From Cenarchaeum sp. (lineage in GTDB: Archaea > Thermoproteota > Nitrososphaeria > Nitrososphaerales > Nitrosopumilaceae): 64,000 nt of DNA. The notes beneath the pieces were generated by a model. It saw only the letters and a program-made list of their open reading frames with translations, did no database searches and was not told the origin of the DNA. The stretch lies in assembly GCA_965212015.1 (NCBI GenBank), contig OZ243037.1, forward strand, positions 256,001 through 320,000, read 5' to 3'. The first letter of the stretch is position 1; the number at the start of each line of letters is the position of its first letter. A program made the position numbers and the translations under genes. Below are positions 9,125-19,857 of the stretch, one piece after another.

Positions 9125-9994
9125 CTAGACTTGTTGCGCTTGCATTCGTGCAAGCCAGTCTGGCTTCTGCGGCTCCTCGTGCGTCTCTGCAGTAGGCTCT
9201 GGAAGAACGGCAGTCTCTGGTGCATTTGGAAGGACTGTAGTCTCTGGTGCATTTGGAAGGACTGTAGTCTCTGGTGCATTTGGAAGGACTGCAGTCTCCG
9301 GCTCTGGCGCCTTTGGAAGCTTTGTCTCGACGTCGGACTGTACGTCAAGGTATGACACTGCGGAATCCTGCAGGTGCTTTGGAGGTGACTCTAGCGTCTG
9401 CTGGACTTCCATGTTGAGATCAACAATCCTGCGCTGGACGTTTGAAATTTCTGCATTCTCGTGCGTGATTCGCTCTATCAAATCAGTCGCACGCGTGGTG
9501 ACCGTATCGAACACCGGTTCGGAAATCTCGTTGCTCTTGAATTGCACCTTTGCGTCAAACACCAGCATCTTTACTGCCTTTAACTGCTCGTCTAGATCCC
9601 CCTGCCTGACTTCGAGCTTTGAATTGATCTCTTTTTCGGTATCGGTAAATGCGACTAGCTGGGACTTGTACTTTTCGTTGATTATCGCAGCATCCTCTTT
9701 CATCTCGTCGTTTTCTGAGACAATGTCCATCATGGCCTTTAGGCGCCTCAGGGTGAGCCCCTTTTCTCGCAGCAGCCGCTGCGACTCGAGCCTCCACTTT
9801 GGAATGTATATGACAGTCTCGCCCTGCACGACTAGCTGCTCAAAGGATGTCTGCTGCAGGCCCTTTGAACCGCAGTCTATGCCGACAGTCTGGATGCTTC
9901 CGTCAATGTCAGTCATTGTCCCAATGACCCTTCCCATTATACTGCCATACATGTCCTTGACGGATTTGCCGATGAATTCCATATTGTCGCTCAT
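9125..9994 (-). CDS. cdvA: Cell division protein CdvA
   Basis: PRC-barrel N-terminus FIGKSVKDMYG..GRVIG, long coiled coil, short conserved-looking C-terminal peptide. Confidence 0.88.
   Translation of the reverse strand: MSDNMEFIGKSVKDMYGSIMGRVIGTMTDIDGSIQTVGIDCGSKGLQQTSFEQLVVQGETVIYIPKWRLESQRLLREKGLTLRRLKAMMDIVSENDEMKEDAAIINEKYKSQLVAFTDTEKEINSKLEVRQGDLDEQLKAVKMLVFDAKVQFKSNEISEPVFDTVTTRATDLIERITHENAEISNVQRRIVDLNMEVQQTLESPPKHLQDSAVSYLDVQSDVETKLPKAPEPETAVLPNAPETTVLPNAPETTVLPNAPETAVLPEPTAETHEEPQKPDWLARMQAQQV
9211..9298. repeat. 27-bp tandem repeat, 3 copies plus a partial copy, in the cdvA linker
   Basis: (c/t)agtctctggtgcatttggaaggactg x3; encodes ET(A/T)VLPNAP. Confidence 0.95.
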
Positions 9995-10128
9995 GGGCTA
10001 GGATTTTGGGATGCCTATAACCGGCAGGATGTGAGAAATATTTTGAATTTTGGTTAGAATAAATTAACCAAACAAAACCAGGCCCGCGTTTAGCAATTTT
10101 AAAATCTAGCAGATTCCATCCCATATCC

Positions 10129-10422
10129 ATGTTAGACAAAGACGGCCTGTCTCAGATACTAGGCGTGGTCTCAAAGCGGTGGACGGACATGTCCCGGGAT
10201 CCGGGCAACAAGGCCCTAGATACGCTTCCGAACAGCTTTTGGATGAATGCCGCCGGAGGAAGGGCCGGGGGCGGAAAATGGGTCACCATGCTGATGTACA
10301 CCGAAAACGCCGCAGACGCAGACACGTTCAGGGAGGTGCTCCAAAAGTGGCAGATGAAGGGAATGCAGCCAAAACAGGAATCCGGACCGGATCTGATTCA
10401 AATCGGCAGAAAGAAAAATTAA
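10129..10422 (+). CDS. Hypothetical protein
   Basis: 97-aa ATG ORF filling the gap, co-oriented with thyX. Confidence 0.6.
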   Translation: MLDKDGLSQILGVVSKRWTDMSRDPGNKALDTLPNSFWMNAAGGRAGGGKWVTMLMYTENAADADTFREVLQKWQMKGMQPKQESGPDLIQIGRKKN

Positions 10423-10445
10423 AGCGTTATGCGGCCTGATGTGCG

Positions 10446-12074
10446 TTGAGAAGCGAGTTTTCTGCAAAAGAGAGGAGGGATTTGCTGTCCCATTTTTCAA
10501 ACGCCGACGGGCCCGTGTTTGCGATAACCACGCCGCGCCAGGTTGATCGCGGCGCACTGATGTCGAGATACAGCCGGACTGACAAAAGCATGCGGCGCGT
10601 ATTTCTTGACGAGTTTCTAAAAAACAGGGATCGCGGAGACGAGTTTTACAACAGGGTCCTAATAGAGTACGGTGATGATTCCGTGGCGGAGCTTGGCGAG
10701 GCGCAGATTGCAATCGAGGGCATCTCAAATATCGCCGTCAAAAAAATAGAGGACAGGAGAATCGGCCTGTCGTATCTGGAAAAATCCTCGAGGTACGTGG
10801 CATGGGACAAAAAGACCGGCGGCCGGTACCGTTTTTACTGCGATCCCGACATTATGGATTCCAGGTTTGCAGATGACTATGTTGATGCGTGCAATACGGC
10901 GTTTGACGTGTACTCTGAAAACATCGAACCGATGACCAGGTACATACGGGAAAGATATCCGATTGAAAGGTACGACTTTAAGAGCTCGACAGGCAAGGGC
11001 GAAAAAAAATTCTCCGGCCTAAGGGCAGAGTCGGACATAAAGTCGGCACAGATGGTGTACCGCGGGTCTACCAGGGCCAAGGCCCTTGATGTTCTGAGGG
11101 GACTGCTTCCCGCATCAACTCTGACCAATGTGGGAATCACGGGAAACGGCAGGGCCTTTGAGTACCTGCTGACGGTACTTTACGGCTCTGGCCTGCGCGA
11201 GGAGCGCGGCTTTGCCTCAAAGATAAAGTCCGAGCTGGAGACTGTGATAAAGTCGTTTGTCAAGAGATCCGACGAGCCGCACGGCAGGGCCCACCAGAAA
11301 TACCTGCGAGACATCAGGGGCGTGGCAAAAACACTGGCAAAAAAACACGCCGTGAAAAACCCGGTACGCGGGCCGCTCACCAAACTGGTGGAATACGAGC
11401 CTGAGAAAAAGGCAATCGACAAGATAGTGGCGGCGCTGATGTATGAGCAGTCCGGCGGTGCAATGCTGCACCAGACGCTGCAGGCGGTCAAAAAACTCCC
11501 GATGCGAGAAAAAACGGGGATAATCTCAGAGTGTGCCGGACTGAGGCAAAACAGGAGGCACAGGCCCACGAGGGCCTTTGAGATGACAGACTATACGTTT
11601 GACCTGCTAAACAACTTTGGAATGTTCCGTGACTTTCACAGGCACCGCGTCCTTACGCTGGGCAGGCAGCTGCTAAGCGCGGATCACGGATATGCCGTGC
11701 CAGAAGAGGTGCGCCTGCTGGGAATCGAGGGATCATACAGGGACTGCATGGACCGCTCAAAGGCGGTGTTTGAAAGGATGAGAAAAAAACTCCCAGAGCA
11801 GGCCCAGTACGTGGTGAACTTTGGATACAACTATCCGTACTATATGCGGCTCAACCTGAGGGAGGCCACCCACCTAATAGAGCTGCGCACCGTCCCGCAG
11901 GGGCATGCCGATTACAGGAGGGTCGCCCAAGAGATGTTCTGGCAGATACGCCGGGTGCATCCCTCGCTGGGCGGGATAATCCGGCACGCCGATACCAACG
12001 AGTATGATCTAGAGCGGTTCGAATCTGAAAAAAAAACAGAGGAAAAAAGGCGCAAAGGCACAAAAAAACTATAA
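10446..12074 (+). CDS. thyX: FAD-dependent thymidylate synthase ThyX (long, duplicated-domain form)
   Basis: YLEKSSRY and FRDFHRHR motifs; 542 aa. Confidence 0.9.
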   Translation: MRSEFSAKERRDLLSHFSNADGPVFAITTPRQVDRGALMSRYSRTDKSMRRVFLDEFLKNRDRGDEFYNRVLIEYGDDSVAELGEAQIAIEGISNIAVKKIEDRRIGLSYLEKSSRYVAWDKKTGGRYRFYCDPDIMDSRFADDYVDACNTAFDVYSENIEPMTRYIRERYPIERYDFKSSTGKGEKKFSGLRAESDIKSAQMVYRGSTRAKALDVLRGLLPASTLTNVGITGNGRAFEYLLTVLYGSGLREERGFASKIKSELETVIKSFVKRSDEPHGRAHQKYLRDIRGVAKTLAKKHAVKNPVRGPLTKLVEYEPEKKAIDKIVAALMYEQSGGAMLHQTLQAVKKLPMREKTGIISECAGLRQNRRHRPTRAFEMTDYTFDLLNNFGMFRDFHRHRVLTLGRQLLSADHGYAVPEEVRLLGIEGSYRDCMDRSKAVFERMRKKLPEQAQYVVNFGYNYPYYMRLNLREATHLIELRTVPQGHADYRRVAQEMFWQIRRVHPSLGGIIRHADTNEYDLERFESEKKTEEKRRKGTKKL

Positions 12075-12099
12075 TACGGAAAACCCGCACACCACGGTA

Positions 12100-12519
12100 T
12101 TGGCAGACAGGATACCCCCGGGCATCAAGGAAAAGCTCACCGCCGCACAGTACGACGTGTGCGTCAACAAGGGCACAGAGCCCCCGTTTTCGGGAAAATA
12201 CCTCGACTGCAAGGACGACGGGGCGTACTGCTGCGTCTGCTGCGGCGAGGATCTCTTTGGATCCGATACAAAATTCGACTCCGGCTCGGGCTGGCCGAGC
12301 TTTTGGGGCGCGCTCTCTGAGGAGAAAATAGAGCGTGTCTCTGATACGAGCTGCGGGATGCGGCGCACCGAGGTGAACTGCAAAAAATGCGGCTCGCACC
12401 TGGGACACGTCTTTGATGACGGCCCCGAGCCGACCGGGCTTCGCTACTGCATAAACTCGCTGTCGCTGGATATGAGGCCCCGCAATAAAAGCCAAAGTGC
12501 GGATGATCTGGTGAGATAA
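12100..12519 (+). CDS. msrB: Peptide-methionine (R)-S-oxide reductase
   Basis: GWPSF, HLGHVFDDGP, RYCINS motifs. Confidence 0.97.
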   Translation: MADRIPPGIKEKLTAAQYDVCVNKGTEPPFSGKYLDCKDDGAYCCVCCGEDLFGSDTKFDSGSGWPSFWGALSEEKIERVSDTSCGMRRTEVNCKKCGSHLGHVFDDGPEPTGLRYCINSLSLDMRPRNKSQSADDLVR

Positions 12520-13526
12520 TGCGGATAATACTTTGCGGTTTTGGCGGCGTGGGGCAGAGCCTGGCAAAGCTGTTCGAGTCGCGCGCCGAAGATCTGTACG
12601 TCCGGTACGGACTAAAGCCCCGGATTGTGGGCGTCTTTGACAGCGGGGGCAGCACCTCGGATCAGTCCGGACTGGATCTCGGCGTGCTGGTGGATGCAAA
12701 AAAGAAAAAGGGATCGGTGAAATTTTATTCAAACAGGGGCGGACCTGCGGGGGCCGACATGATATCGGACATGGACGCCGACGTCCTGATAGAGACCACG
12801 CCGAGCAACTATACCGATGCAGAACCGGGCATGACGCACATTACTGGCGCGATGAGGCGCGGCATGCACGTGATATCTGTAAACAAGGGCCCGCCGGCGC
12901 TGGCGTTTCCGTCCCTGGTGGAGCTGGCAGCATACAACAGGGTGCTGTTTCGCTTTAGCGGTACGGTGGGTGGCGGGACGCCTATTCTAAGCTATGCAAA
13001 AAACAGCCTGCAGGGCGAGAGGATTATATCGTTTGCGGGGATTCTCAACGGGACTACCAACTATATCCTGACTGGCATGGCAGAAGGCAAGTCGTATGCC
13101 GCCGCCCTGGCTGATGCCAAGCAGAGGGGATACGTCGAGGCAGACGAGTCCCTTGATCTCGACGGACTTGATGCTGCGGCAAAGCTGGTGATACTGGCAA
13201 ACTGGACGATGGGCATAAACGCGGTACTTTCTGACGTGGACAGGACGGGAATCCGCAAGGTGACTGCAGACGACGTCAAAAAGGCGGCGCGTGACGGCTG
13301 CGCAGTAAAGCTGGTGGCGTCCTGCGACAGGAACCTTGTCGTCTCGCCAAAAAACATACCGCTAGACGATCCAATGTGCGTCAACGGCACGCTAAACGCT
13401 ATTGCATTTACGTCTGAGCACTCGGGAACACAGACCATAATAGGCCGCGGGGCCGGCGGGATGGAGACGGCAAGCTCCATACTCCGGGATCTGCTTGACA
13501 TACGCAAAGAGATAGCGGGAAATTGA
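12519..13526 (+). CDS. hom: Homoserine dehydrogenase
   Basis: GFGGVG, GILNGTTNYIL, GRGAGGMETAS motifs. Confidence 0.95.
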   Translation: MRIILCGFGGVGQSLAKLFESRAEDLYVRYGLKPRIVGVFDSGGSTSDQSGLDLGVLVDAKKKKGSVKFYSNRGGPAGADMISDMDADVLIETTPSNYTDAEPGMTHITGAMRRGMHVISVNKGPPALAFPSLVELAAYNRVLFRFSGTVGGGTPILSYAKNSLQGERIISFAGILNGTTNYILTGMAEGKSYAAALADAKQRGYVEADESLDLDGLDAAAKLVILANWTMGINAVLSDVDRTGIRKVTADDVKKAARDGCAVKLVASCDRNLVVSPKNIPLDDPMCVNGTLNAIAFTSEHSGTQTIIGRGAGGMETASSILRDLLDIRKEIAGN

Positions 13527-13999
13527 GATCCAACCTGGTGTCCAAGACGGAATCCGGCGACATGCTCGAGGAGATCTCGGCTGCCTGGAAGATGGACGTT
13601 CCGAGGACAAAGAACCTCAGGGTCTACAGCATTGCCGATGACGCGCAGCTCATAGTGGGAAGGGGACTCAGGGCGCTCCGGATAGGCGGCCAGTACGTCC
13701 CGTTTCTCTCAGAGACGCAGACGCTTGAAAAATTTCCCCGCGTTACAGTAGACATGGGGGCGGTACGGTTCATGTGCAAGGGGGCAAACGTGATGCGGCC
13801 GGGAATAAGGGAATTCTCAGAGTTTGAAAGCGGGGATTTGGTGTGTGTTGCAGAGGAATCCCACAACAAGTTTCTGGCAGTAGGCAGGTCGCTTGTGTCC
13901 AGCGGGGATGCGCAGTCCATGGAAAAAGGCGAGGTGTTAAAGAACCTGCATTTCATATCCGACCGGTTCTGGGACTCTGCAAAAGAGATTAACGACTAG
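13523..13999 (+). CDS. PUA-domain RNA-binding protein
   Basis: VDMGAVRFMCKGANVMRPGI PUA signature. Confidence 0.9.
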   Translation: MRSNLVSKTESGDMLEEISAAWKMDVPRTKNLRVYSIADDAQLIVGRGLRALRIGGQYVPFLSETQTLEKFPRVTVDMGAVRFMCKGANVMRPGIREFSEFESGDLVCVAEESHNKFLAVGRSLVSSGDAQSMEKGEVLKNLHFISDRFWDSAKEIND

Positions 14000-14588
14000 G
14001 CTGCGTTGTGGCCCTAGAGCCGTCCTTGTCGATTACAAGAATATCAATGCCGTCGCCGCTAAAGGCGTCCCGTATGGTGGCAGAGTGTATCGCCTTTGTC
14101 GCAAGATCCACTGCCTGCTGCTCTGTCATGTTTTCCTTGAACTGCGGATCAAGCACGCCGAGGGCCATCTCTGCTCCGGTGCCTACTGCCGCATAGTCGT
14201 CTGGCAGGACGGAGCCCAGGGGATCAAGCGTGTAAATGACGGCCTTGTCCACCATGCCGCCCACTATGACCTGTGTTAGCAGCGGAAAAAACCGCCTCTC
14301 GTACATCATGTTTGACATCATTTTTGCAATCGAGTTTGGCGGCACGTCGCGTTTTAGCTCCATTTTGCGGATCTTGGCCAGCGCCGAGATTTGCAGCGCG
14401 AGAATCTGCATGTCTGCTACGAGTCCGGCGCATGCGGCGCCCACGTTTGGGGTTATTTGAAATGTTTTCTTTGTGCTCTTGCTGACCAAAAAGTTTCCGT
14501 ACGCAATCCTTTTTTCGCTTGCAATGACTACCCCGCCGTCGTACGTTATGCCCACTGCTGTGGCGCCTGGCATGTACATATACGACAT
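13989..14588 (-). CDS. psmB: Proteasome beta subunit
   Basis: GATAVGI, GLVADMQ, RDAFSGDG; start placed at MSYMYMPG. Confidence 0.93.
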   Translation of the reverse strand: MSYMYMPGATAVGITYDGGVVIASEKRIAYGNFLVSKSTKKTFQITPNVGAACAGLVADMQILALQISALAKIRKMELKRDVPPNSIAKMMSNMMYERRFFPLLTQVIVGGMVDKAVIYTLDPLGSVLPDDYAAVGTGAEMALGVLDPQFKENMTEQQAVDLATKAIHSATIRDAFSGDGIDILVIDKDGSRATTQPSR

Positions 14589-14683
14589 GACACAGGTGGA
14601 TTCGGGGCATAATAAAGGGTTTTCTAAGCCAGGGCGCCTTTTGGCGCGGGGCGGCAAAGTGGCAATATTATTATAGAAATGCA

Positions 14684-15115
14684 ATGCCCGATTCCGGTAT
14701 GGGCGCAGAGTTCGGGGGAGGCAAGCTTGCAGACGCTGCGTTTATGGGGCTTCGCTCTGCAATCGGCGTCATCTTTATCGTTCACGGATACTCAAAGATA
14801 GGAAACGACGGTTTTATAGGCTGGATTGGATCGCTTGGAATCCCGCCGGAGCTGGGCATGCTAGTGGCAGTAGGCGAGCTGGTGCCGGGAATACTGCTGA
14901 TAGTAGGGGTCCTGAGCAGGATATCTGCATCCATACTGTCTGCAATAATGCTCGGTGCGATATTTTACATCAAAAAGGCAGAGATGCTGACTGGCGAGAA
15001 CTCTTACGAGTTTGACCTTGTACTTCTTGCGGCGTGCCTGGTAATAATGGTGATGGGGCCCGGCCGCATATCGCTTGCAGGCGCGGCAAGAAGGATTCCG
15101 CGCATACTGCACTAG
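14684..15115 (+). CDS. DoxX family membrane protein
   Basis: R...G.IF..HG..K motif; four hydrophobic segments. Confidence 0.88.
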   Translation: MPDSGMGAEFGGGKLADAAFMGLRSAIGVIFIVHGYSKIGNDGFIGWIGSLGIPPELGMLVAVGELVPGILLIVGVLSRISASILSAIMLGAIFYIKKAEMLTGENSYEFDLVLLAACLVIMVMGPGRISLAGAARRIPRILH

Positions 15116-16461
15116 CTTTTTGCAAATTTTTCGATAATCAGGCACATGCATCTGGTCGTCTTTTTGAGCAGATCGATGCGGGCAAACTCGTTTGGCGAGT
15201 GTATCCTTGCAAACATGTACGTGCAGCCTATGGCGACGCACGGCGCCCCTAGCACGCCGGCAAACGCATGCATCGGGCCGGTGCCTGCGTTGGACACGCT
15301 GAGAATCGACGAGCCGAAAACCTCGCCGGCTGCATCCCTTGCGTTTGCGACAAGCGGCTCAAGCGGGCTGGTGCGAGATGCGGCCTCGCCGTGATACACC
15401 CTTATGCGGACATCAGAATATCCGCGCGATTCGAGATGGCGCCTCAGCAGGGCCGTCTGTTTTTTGGGATCCATTCCGGGAACCAGCCTAAAGTCGATTT
15501 TTGCTGTGGCCTCCGACGGAAGCACGGTCTTTGCGCCCCGGCCCGTATATCCGGATGAGAATCCCGCAATGTTGCACGTGGGCTCTGCTGCCAGGGCCCT
15601 CTTTGCCGCATTTCCGCTTTTGCCGCCGACAAACTCTTTTACGCCAAACTCTTTTTTGATGTCCGCCGCATCAAACGGCTCTTTTGATATCATGTCCATG
15701 TCAGCACCGGTCAGCCGCTCTGCATCCCTGTACCAGTCGCGGATCAGTATCCTTCCGTCCGAATTTCGCATGGTGTGCAGGGCGCCTATCAGGCGCCACG
15801 CGGGGTTTTTAATCAGCACCGCAAGGCTGGAATGCGCGTCCCTCTTGGACTCTTTTACCGTCATCTCTACGAACAGCAGCCCCTTCATTCCCAGGCTGAT
15901 TATCGGAACGCCCCGTGCATTTACAAAGCCAAACTCCCATATCACGCCGTCGCACGCAAGCCTGGACTTGAATTTTTTCAGGTACCGCTCAACGTGGGCG
16001 CTGCCGGTCTCCTCCTCGCCTTCGATGGCGAACTTTATGTTGCACGGCACGTCGCCGTGCGCCTTTAGGTGCGCCTCGACTGCCTTGATTCGGGTCATCA
16101 GCTCGCCCTTGTCGTCTGATGAGCCGCGCCCAAAGATCTTGTTTCCCCGTATGCGGCCCCCAAACGGGGGGTCCTTCCACAGCTCAAGGGGCTCTGCTGG
16201 CTGCACGTCGTAATGGTTGTAGAACATTAGCGTTTTGTGCGGATTTGATCTCGACTTTACGTGGCCGTACACCATCGGTGCTGCGCCGTCAATCCTCAAA
16301 ATCTCCGAGCGTATGCCGGATTTCTCGAGGGTTTTTTTTACCAGCCTTGCGCATTTTTCAATCCCCTCGTTTTTTGCCGAGACGCTGGGCTGCCTGATTA
16401 GCTCCTGCAAGTCGGCAATCAGGCCGGGGAACATTCTGTCTGCGCAGGCAAGCACCTTCAT
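15112..16461 (-). CDS. M20/M25/M40 family metallo-hydrolase (dipeptidase-like)
   Basis: HYDVQP, GRGSSDDKG, EGEEETGS, HSPNE motifs. Confidence 0.93.
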   Translation of the reverse strand: MKVLACADRMFPGLIADLQELIRQPSVSAKNEGIEKCARLVKKTLEKSGIRSEILRIDGAAPMVYGHVKSRSNPHKTLMFYNHYDVQPAEPLELWKDPPFGGRIRGNKIFGRGSSDDKGELMTRIKAVEAHLKAHGDVPCNIKFAIEGEEETGSAHVERYLKKFKSRLACDGVIWEFGFVNARGVPIISLGMKGLLFVEMTVKESKRDAHSSLAVLIKNPAWRLIGALHTMRNSDGRILIRDWYRDAERLTGADMDMISKEPFDAADIKKEFGVKEFVGGKSGNAAKRALAAEPTCNIAGFSSGYTGRGAKTVLPSEATAKIDFRLVPGMDPKKQTALLRRHLESRGYSDVRIRVYHGEAASRTSPLEPLVANARDAAGEVFGSSILSVSNAGTGPMHAFAGVLGAPCVAIGCTYMFARIHSPNEFARIDLLKKTTRCMCLIIEKFAKS

Positions 16462-17324
16462 GGGACCGTCACATCATACGGGCGCATTACTGCGGCAATC
16501 TCGCCGCACAGGTCAGTCGCCACTGCGTGCAGGCCCAGCCTTTCTTGCACCCCTATTCCCGCAAGGCCGTTGAAAAAGGCCGCCGCTGCCGCCGCCTCTA
16601 GCGGATTGCGGTTTTTTGCAAGCATTCCTGCGACTAGTCCGGAGAGCACGTCCCCCGTGCCGCCTACAGTCATGGCAGGCGCGTTTTTCGGATTAACATA
16701 CGTGGTGGTGCCGTCAGATATGACGTCAGTTGCGCCCTTTAGCAGTATCGTAACTGAGTGTTTTTCTGCCATTCTCTGTACTGTGGCGCTGCGCGGCCCG
16801 ATTGATTCCTCTGGCAGCACCCCAAACAGCCTCTTGAATTCCCCCGCATGCGGCGTGAGCACCGAGTTTGTGTCCGGAACAGCATCCAGCATGTCCCCTA
16901 CCAGCGAGCCTGCATCCAGGACCATTCTCACATCGCAGTCTGCAAGGGATTTTATCAGTATTTTTAGCGCCTCATTGTCTGCCACTGCAAGGCCCATGCC
17001 TATTGCGGCAGAATCCGTCCCCTTTGGAATTTGTCCCAGCAGCTTTCTTGCCGCGCCGCGGGTGAGCTTTTGATCAACTAGCGGGATTGCGATCAGGTCC
17101 GGCGATGCGCTGCGCGTCGCCTGTATGTTGATCTTTGGGACTGCCGTGTACACCAGGTCGGTGCCGCAGCGGAGCGCGGCAAGCGACGCGAGGATGGGCG
17201 CCCCGTGATAGAGATAGCTTCCGCCAACCACAAGTACCGTCCCGTTGTCGCCCTTTCTGGATCCGGCACTCCTTGCCGGGACGAATTTTTTTACCACATT
17301 TCCGCATAGTGTTTTTGCAGACAA
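16458..17324 (-). CDS. nnrD: ADP-dependent NAD(P)H-hydrate dehydratase
   Basis: KGDNG.VLVVGGS..YHGAP, LTPHAGEF, GGTGDVLSG. Confidence 0.92.
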   Translation of the reverse strand: MSAKTLCGNVVKKFVPARSAGSRKGDNGTVLVVGGSYLYHGAPILASLAALRCGTDLVYTAVPKINIQATRSASPDLIAIPLVDQKLTRGAARKLLGQIPKGTDSAAIGMGLAVADNEALKILIKSLADCDVRMVLDAGSLVGDMLDAVPDTNSVLTPHAGEFKRLFGVLPEESIGPRSATVQRMAEKHSVTILLKGATDVISDGTTTYVNPKNAPAMTVGGTGDVLSGLVAGMLAKNRNPLEAAAAAAFFNGLAGIGVQERLGLHAVATDLCGEIAAVMRPYDVTVP

Positions 17325-17377
17325 ATTACACCCTCAACTCTGTATTGACGAATAAACCTTGGCATGTGCCGGCAGGC

Positions 17378-17680
17378 TCAGTCGTTTTCGGCACCGGGAA
17401 AGCTTGCCTCATAGTCCCTCTCCATTGCCTCCTTGTTTTGCTCATCGACGCTGTCGGCATCCTGCTTTTGTACGGTGATCTCTATCCGCTTTGTGTCCTT
17501 TGTGAGCCACGACACCTTGATGAGCCCCATGATCTCCAAATCCAGCAGAATCTTGTTGAGCCTGTCCGGGGCCGCTGAGATCTCGTCCTTGACTAGCGCC
17601 TTTGTGAGCTCAACGTCCGTCATTGACTTGTTCTCCTTGATCTTTTCGAATATGGTGTTTTTTAGCGGAACTGCCATCAC
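17378..17680 (-). CDS. Hypothetical winged-helix-like protein
   Basis: LNKILLDLEIMGLIKV wHTH-like pattern; 3 bp downstream of cdc48. Confidence 0.7.
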   Translation of the reverse strand: MMAVPLKNTIFEKIKENKSMTDVELTKALVKDEISAAPDRLNKILLDLEIMGLIKVSWLTKDTKRIEITVQKQDADSVDEQNKEAMERDYEASFPGAEND

Positions 17681-17683
17681 TCA

Positions 17684-19849
17684 TCAACCGTAAAACATCT
17701 TGTCCTGTGCGCTTGGCACCACGTTGGACATCCCGTCCTTGACCGTGCTGTACCACTGGTCGACCTCCTTTGTGATTGACGGGTGAATCTTTTTTAGCGC
17801 CGCAGCAAAATTGCCGCTGTTGATTTTTGCCGCGCCGTCCTGCATGGCGCTTACCGCAGCTTCCCTGCACAATGCGGCAAGATCCGCGCCGGTATAGTTC
17901 TGGGTGGACACTGCAATCTCTGTAATCTTTACGTCCGGCGCCAGCGGCATTTTTTCTGTTAGTATCTTTATTATCTCCAGCCTTCCCTTTTCGTCGGGGG
18001 GCTGCACGTAAAGCAGCAGGTCCAGCCTTCCGGTCCTTAGCAGCGAGCGGTCTAGCAGGTCTGGTCTGTTGGTGATTCCCACCACGACCACCCTTGATGA
18101 TATTCCCTCCTCCATCTCGGTGAGTAGCTGGCTGAGAGTCGTCTCGCCGGCACCGTCCTCGCCTGCCTTGAATCTTGCAAGCGAGTCTAGCTCATCAAAG
18201 ATTACCACGCAGGGAGACGAGGCCTTTGCCTTTCTGAATATCTCGCGTATGGCCTTTTCTGACTCGCCGACCCATTTTGAGAGGATTTCAGGCCCCCTTA
18301 CAAGTATCATGTTTGCGTTGCTTTCTGCGGCCAGCGCAAGTGCAAGCAGCGTCTTGCCGCACCCGGGCGGGCCGTAAATCAGCGCGCCCTTTGGGGGCCT
18401 TACCCCCATCTTGCTGAACTTGCCCGGATCCTGCATTGCCACTATAAGGTTGTCCATAAGCGCGCTTTTTGCGTCCTCCAGCCCGCCAACGCTGCTCCAC
18501 CAGACCTTTGGCCTCTCCACGTAAAACTCCCGCATTGCGGTGGGCACCACCTCGTGCATTGCGTCATAAAAGTCGACTAGCTTTATCTCCATTGACTGGA
18601 GGACCGAGGAGGGAATCTTTTCTGTCTCGAGGTCTATCTTTGGCAGGTATCTCCGTATGGCCTTCATTGCCGCCTCGCGGCACAGCGACTTTATGTCAGC
18701 ACCGGTGTATCCGTGCAGATCGGATGCCAAATCCTTAATGTCCACGCCGTCCGATATTGGCATTCCCCTGGTGTGGATTTGGAGCACCTCCAGCCGGCCG
18801 TCCTCGTTTGGAACGGAAATCTCGACTTCCCTGTCAAAGCGTCCCGGCCTTCTCAGGGCGGGATCGACGCTGTCTGGCCTGTTGGTGGCGCCAAGTACTA
18901 TGACGTTTCCCCTGTCAGTCAGGCCGTCCATGAGTGCCAGCAGCTGTGCTACCACCCTTTTTTCCACGTCCCCGTACGCATCTTCCCTCTTTGGCGCGAT
19001 TGCGTCTATCTCGTCTATGAATATTATGCTCGGCGAATTGTCCTTTGCCTCCTTGAATATGTCGCGCAGCCTTGCTTCTGTCTCGCCATAGTACTTGTTC
19101 ATTATCTCGGGGCCGTTGATGAGGTACATGTTGGCCTCCGATTCGCTTGCCAGCACCTTTGCCAGCAGCGTCTTGCCGCACCCGGGAGGGCCGTACAAAA
19201 GGATGCCGCTGTGCGATTCCACGCCGAGCCTGCTGAACAGCTCTGGATGGCGCAGCGGCAGCTCTACTATCTCCCTCATGGCCTTGATCTCGGTGCGGAG
19301 TCCCCCAACCTCCTCGTATGTCACGCGCAGCTTTTTGTCCACTGCTGCCTCTGTGAGTATGGTGAGTGCGGTAGTGCGGTCTATCTTTACTATGTTTTTC
19401 GGGGAAATCTTGTTGATTTTAAAGTCCATCGAGTTTCCAAGTATCATTACGGATATTTCGTCTCCCTGCGAGAGCGGCAGCCCCTTTAAGCGGTTTTTTA
19501 CGAAATCCGTAAACTCTTTGTCCACCGTAACAGAGTCGTTTACCGGCATCAGGACGACTGATTTTGCGGCCTTGCTTGCCGCCTTTTTGATGTGTACAAT
19601 GTCGTTTAGCGTGGCGCCGATGTTCTTTCTTGTCTGCCCGTCAATCCTTATTATCTCGGGATGCTTTTCGTCCTCGTCAGTCGGCCACACCACTGCGCAG
19701 CTGGAATTGGCCCCGGATATCTCTATTATCTCGCCGGGGGTGACCTTGAGAAAATCCATGGCGTCCGGGCCGATTCGCGCGCGCTTTTTGCCTACATCCC
19801 TCTGCTTTGCCTCGCCGATTCTCATCTGCATGTGATCCTTGCGCGCCAT
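17684..19849 (-). CDS. cdc48: CDC48/VCP family AAA ATPase
   Basis: N-domain plus two AAA modules (GPPGCGKT twice, FIDEID/FDELD, RPGRFDRE). Confidence 0.96.
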   Translation of the reverse strand: MARKDHMQMRIGEAKQRDVGKKRARIGPDAMDFLKVTPGEIIEISGANSSCAVVWPTDEDEKHPEIIRIDGQTRKNIGATLNDIVHIKKAASKAAKSVVLMPVNDSVTVDKEFTDFVKNRLKGLPLSQGDEISVMILGNSMDFKINKISPKNIVKIDRTTALTILTEAAVDKKLRVTYEEVGGLRTEIKAMREIVELPLRHPELFSRLGVESHSGILLYGPPGCGKTLLAKVLASESEANMYLINGPEIMNKYYGETEARLRDIFKEAKDNSPSIIFIDEIDAIAPKREDAYGDVEKRVVAQLLALMDGLTDRGNVIVLGATNRPDSVDPALRRPGRFDREVEISVPNEDGRLEVLQIHTRGMPISDGVDIKDLASDLHGYTGADIKSLCREAAMKAIRRYLPKIDLETEKIPSSVLQSMEIKLVDFYDAMHEVVPTAMREFYVERPKVWWSSVGGLEDAKSALMDNLIVAMQDPGKFSKMGVRPPKGALIYGPPGCGKTLLALALAAESNANMILVRGPEILSKWVGESEKAIREIFRKAKASSPCVVIFDELDSLARFKAGEDGAGETTLSQLLTEMEEGISSRVVVVGITNRPDLLDRSLLRTGRLDLLLYVQPPDEKGRLEIIKILTEKMPLAPDVKITEIAVSTQNYTGADLAALCREAAVSAMQDGAAKINSGNFAAALKKIHPSITKEVDQWYSTVKDGMSNVVPSAQDKMFYG

Positions 19850-19857
19850 ACAACCAC

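Noticed and set aside
9211-9298. Regular 27-bp repeats suggesting a CRISPR array
   Set aside because: No spacers; in-frame coding tandem repeat inside cdvA; no cas genes in the window.
4198-19835. Long antisense ORFs (4198-5064, 15404-16213, 18713-19489, 19095-19835 and others)
   Set aside because: Shadows of well-supported genes on the opposite strand, with no motifs of their own.
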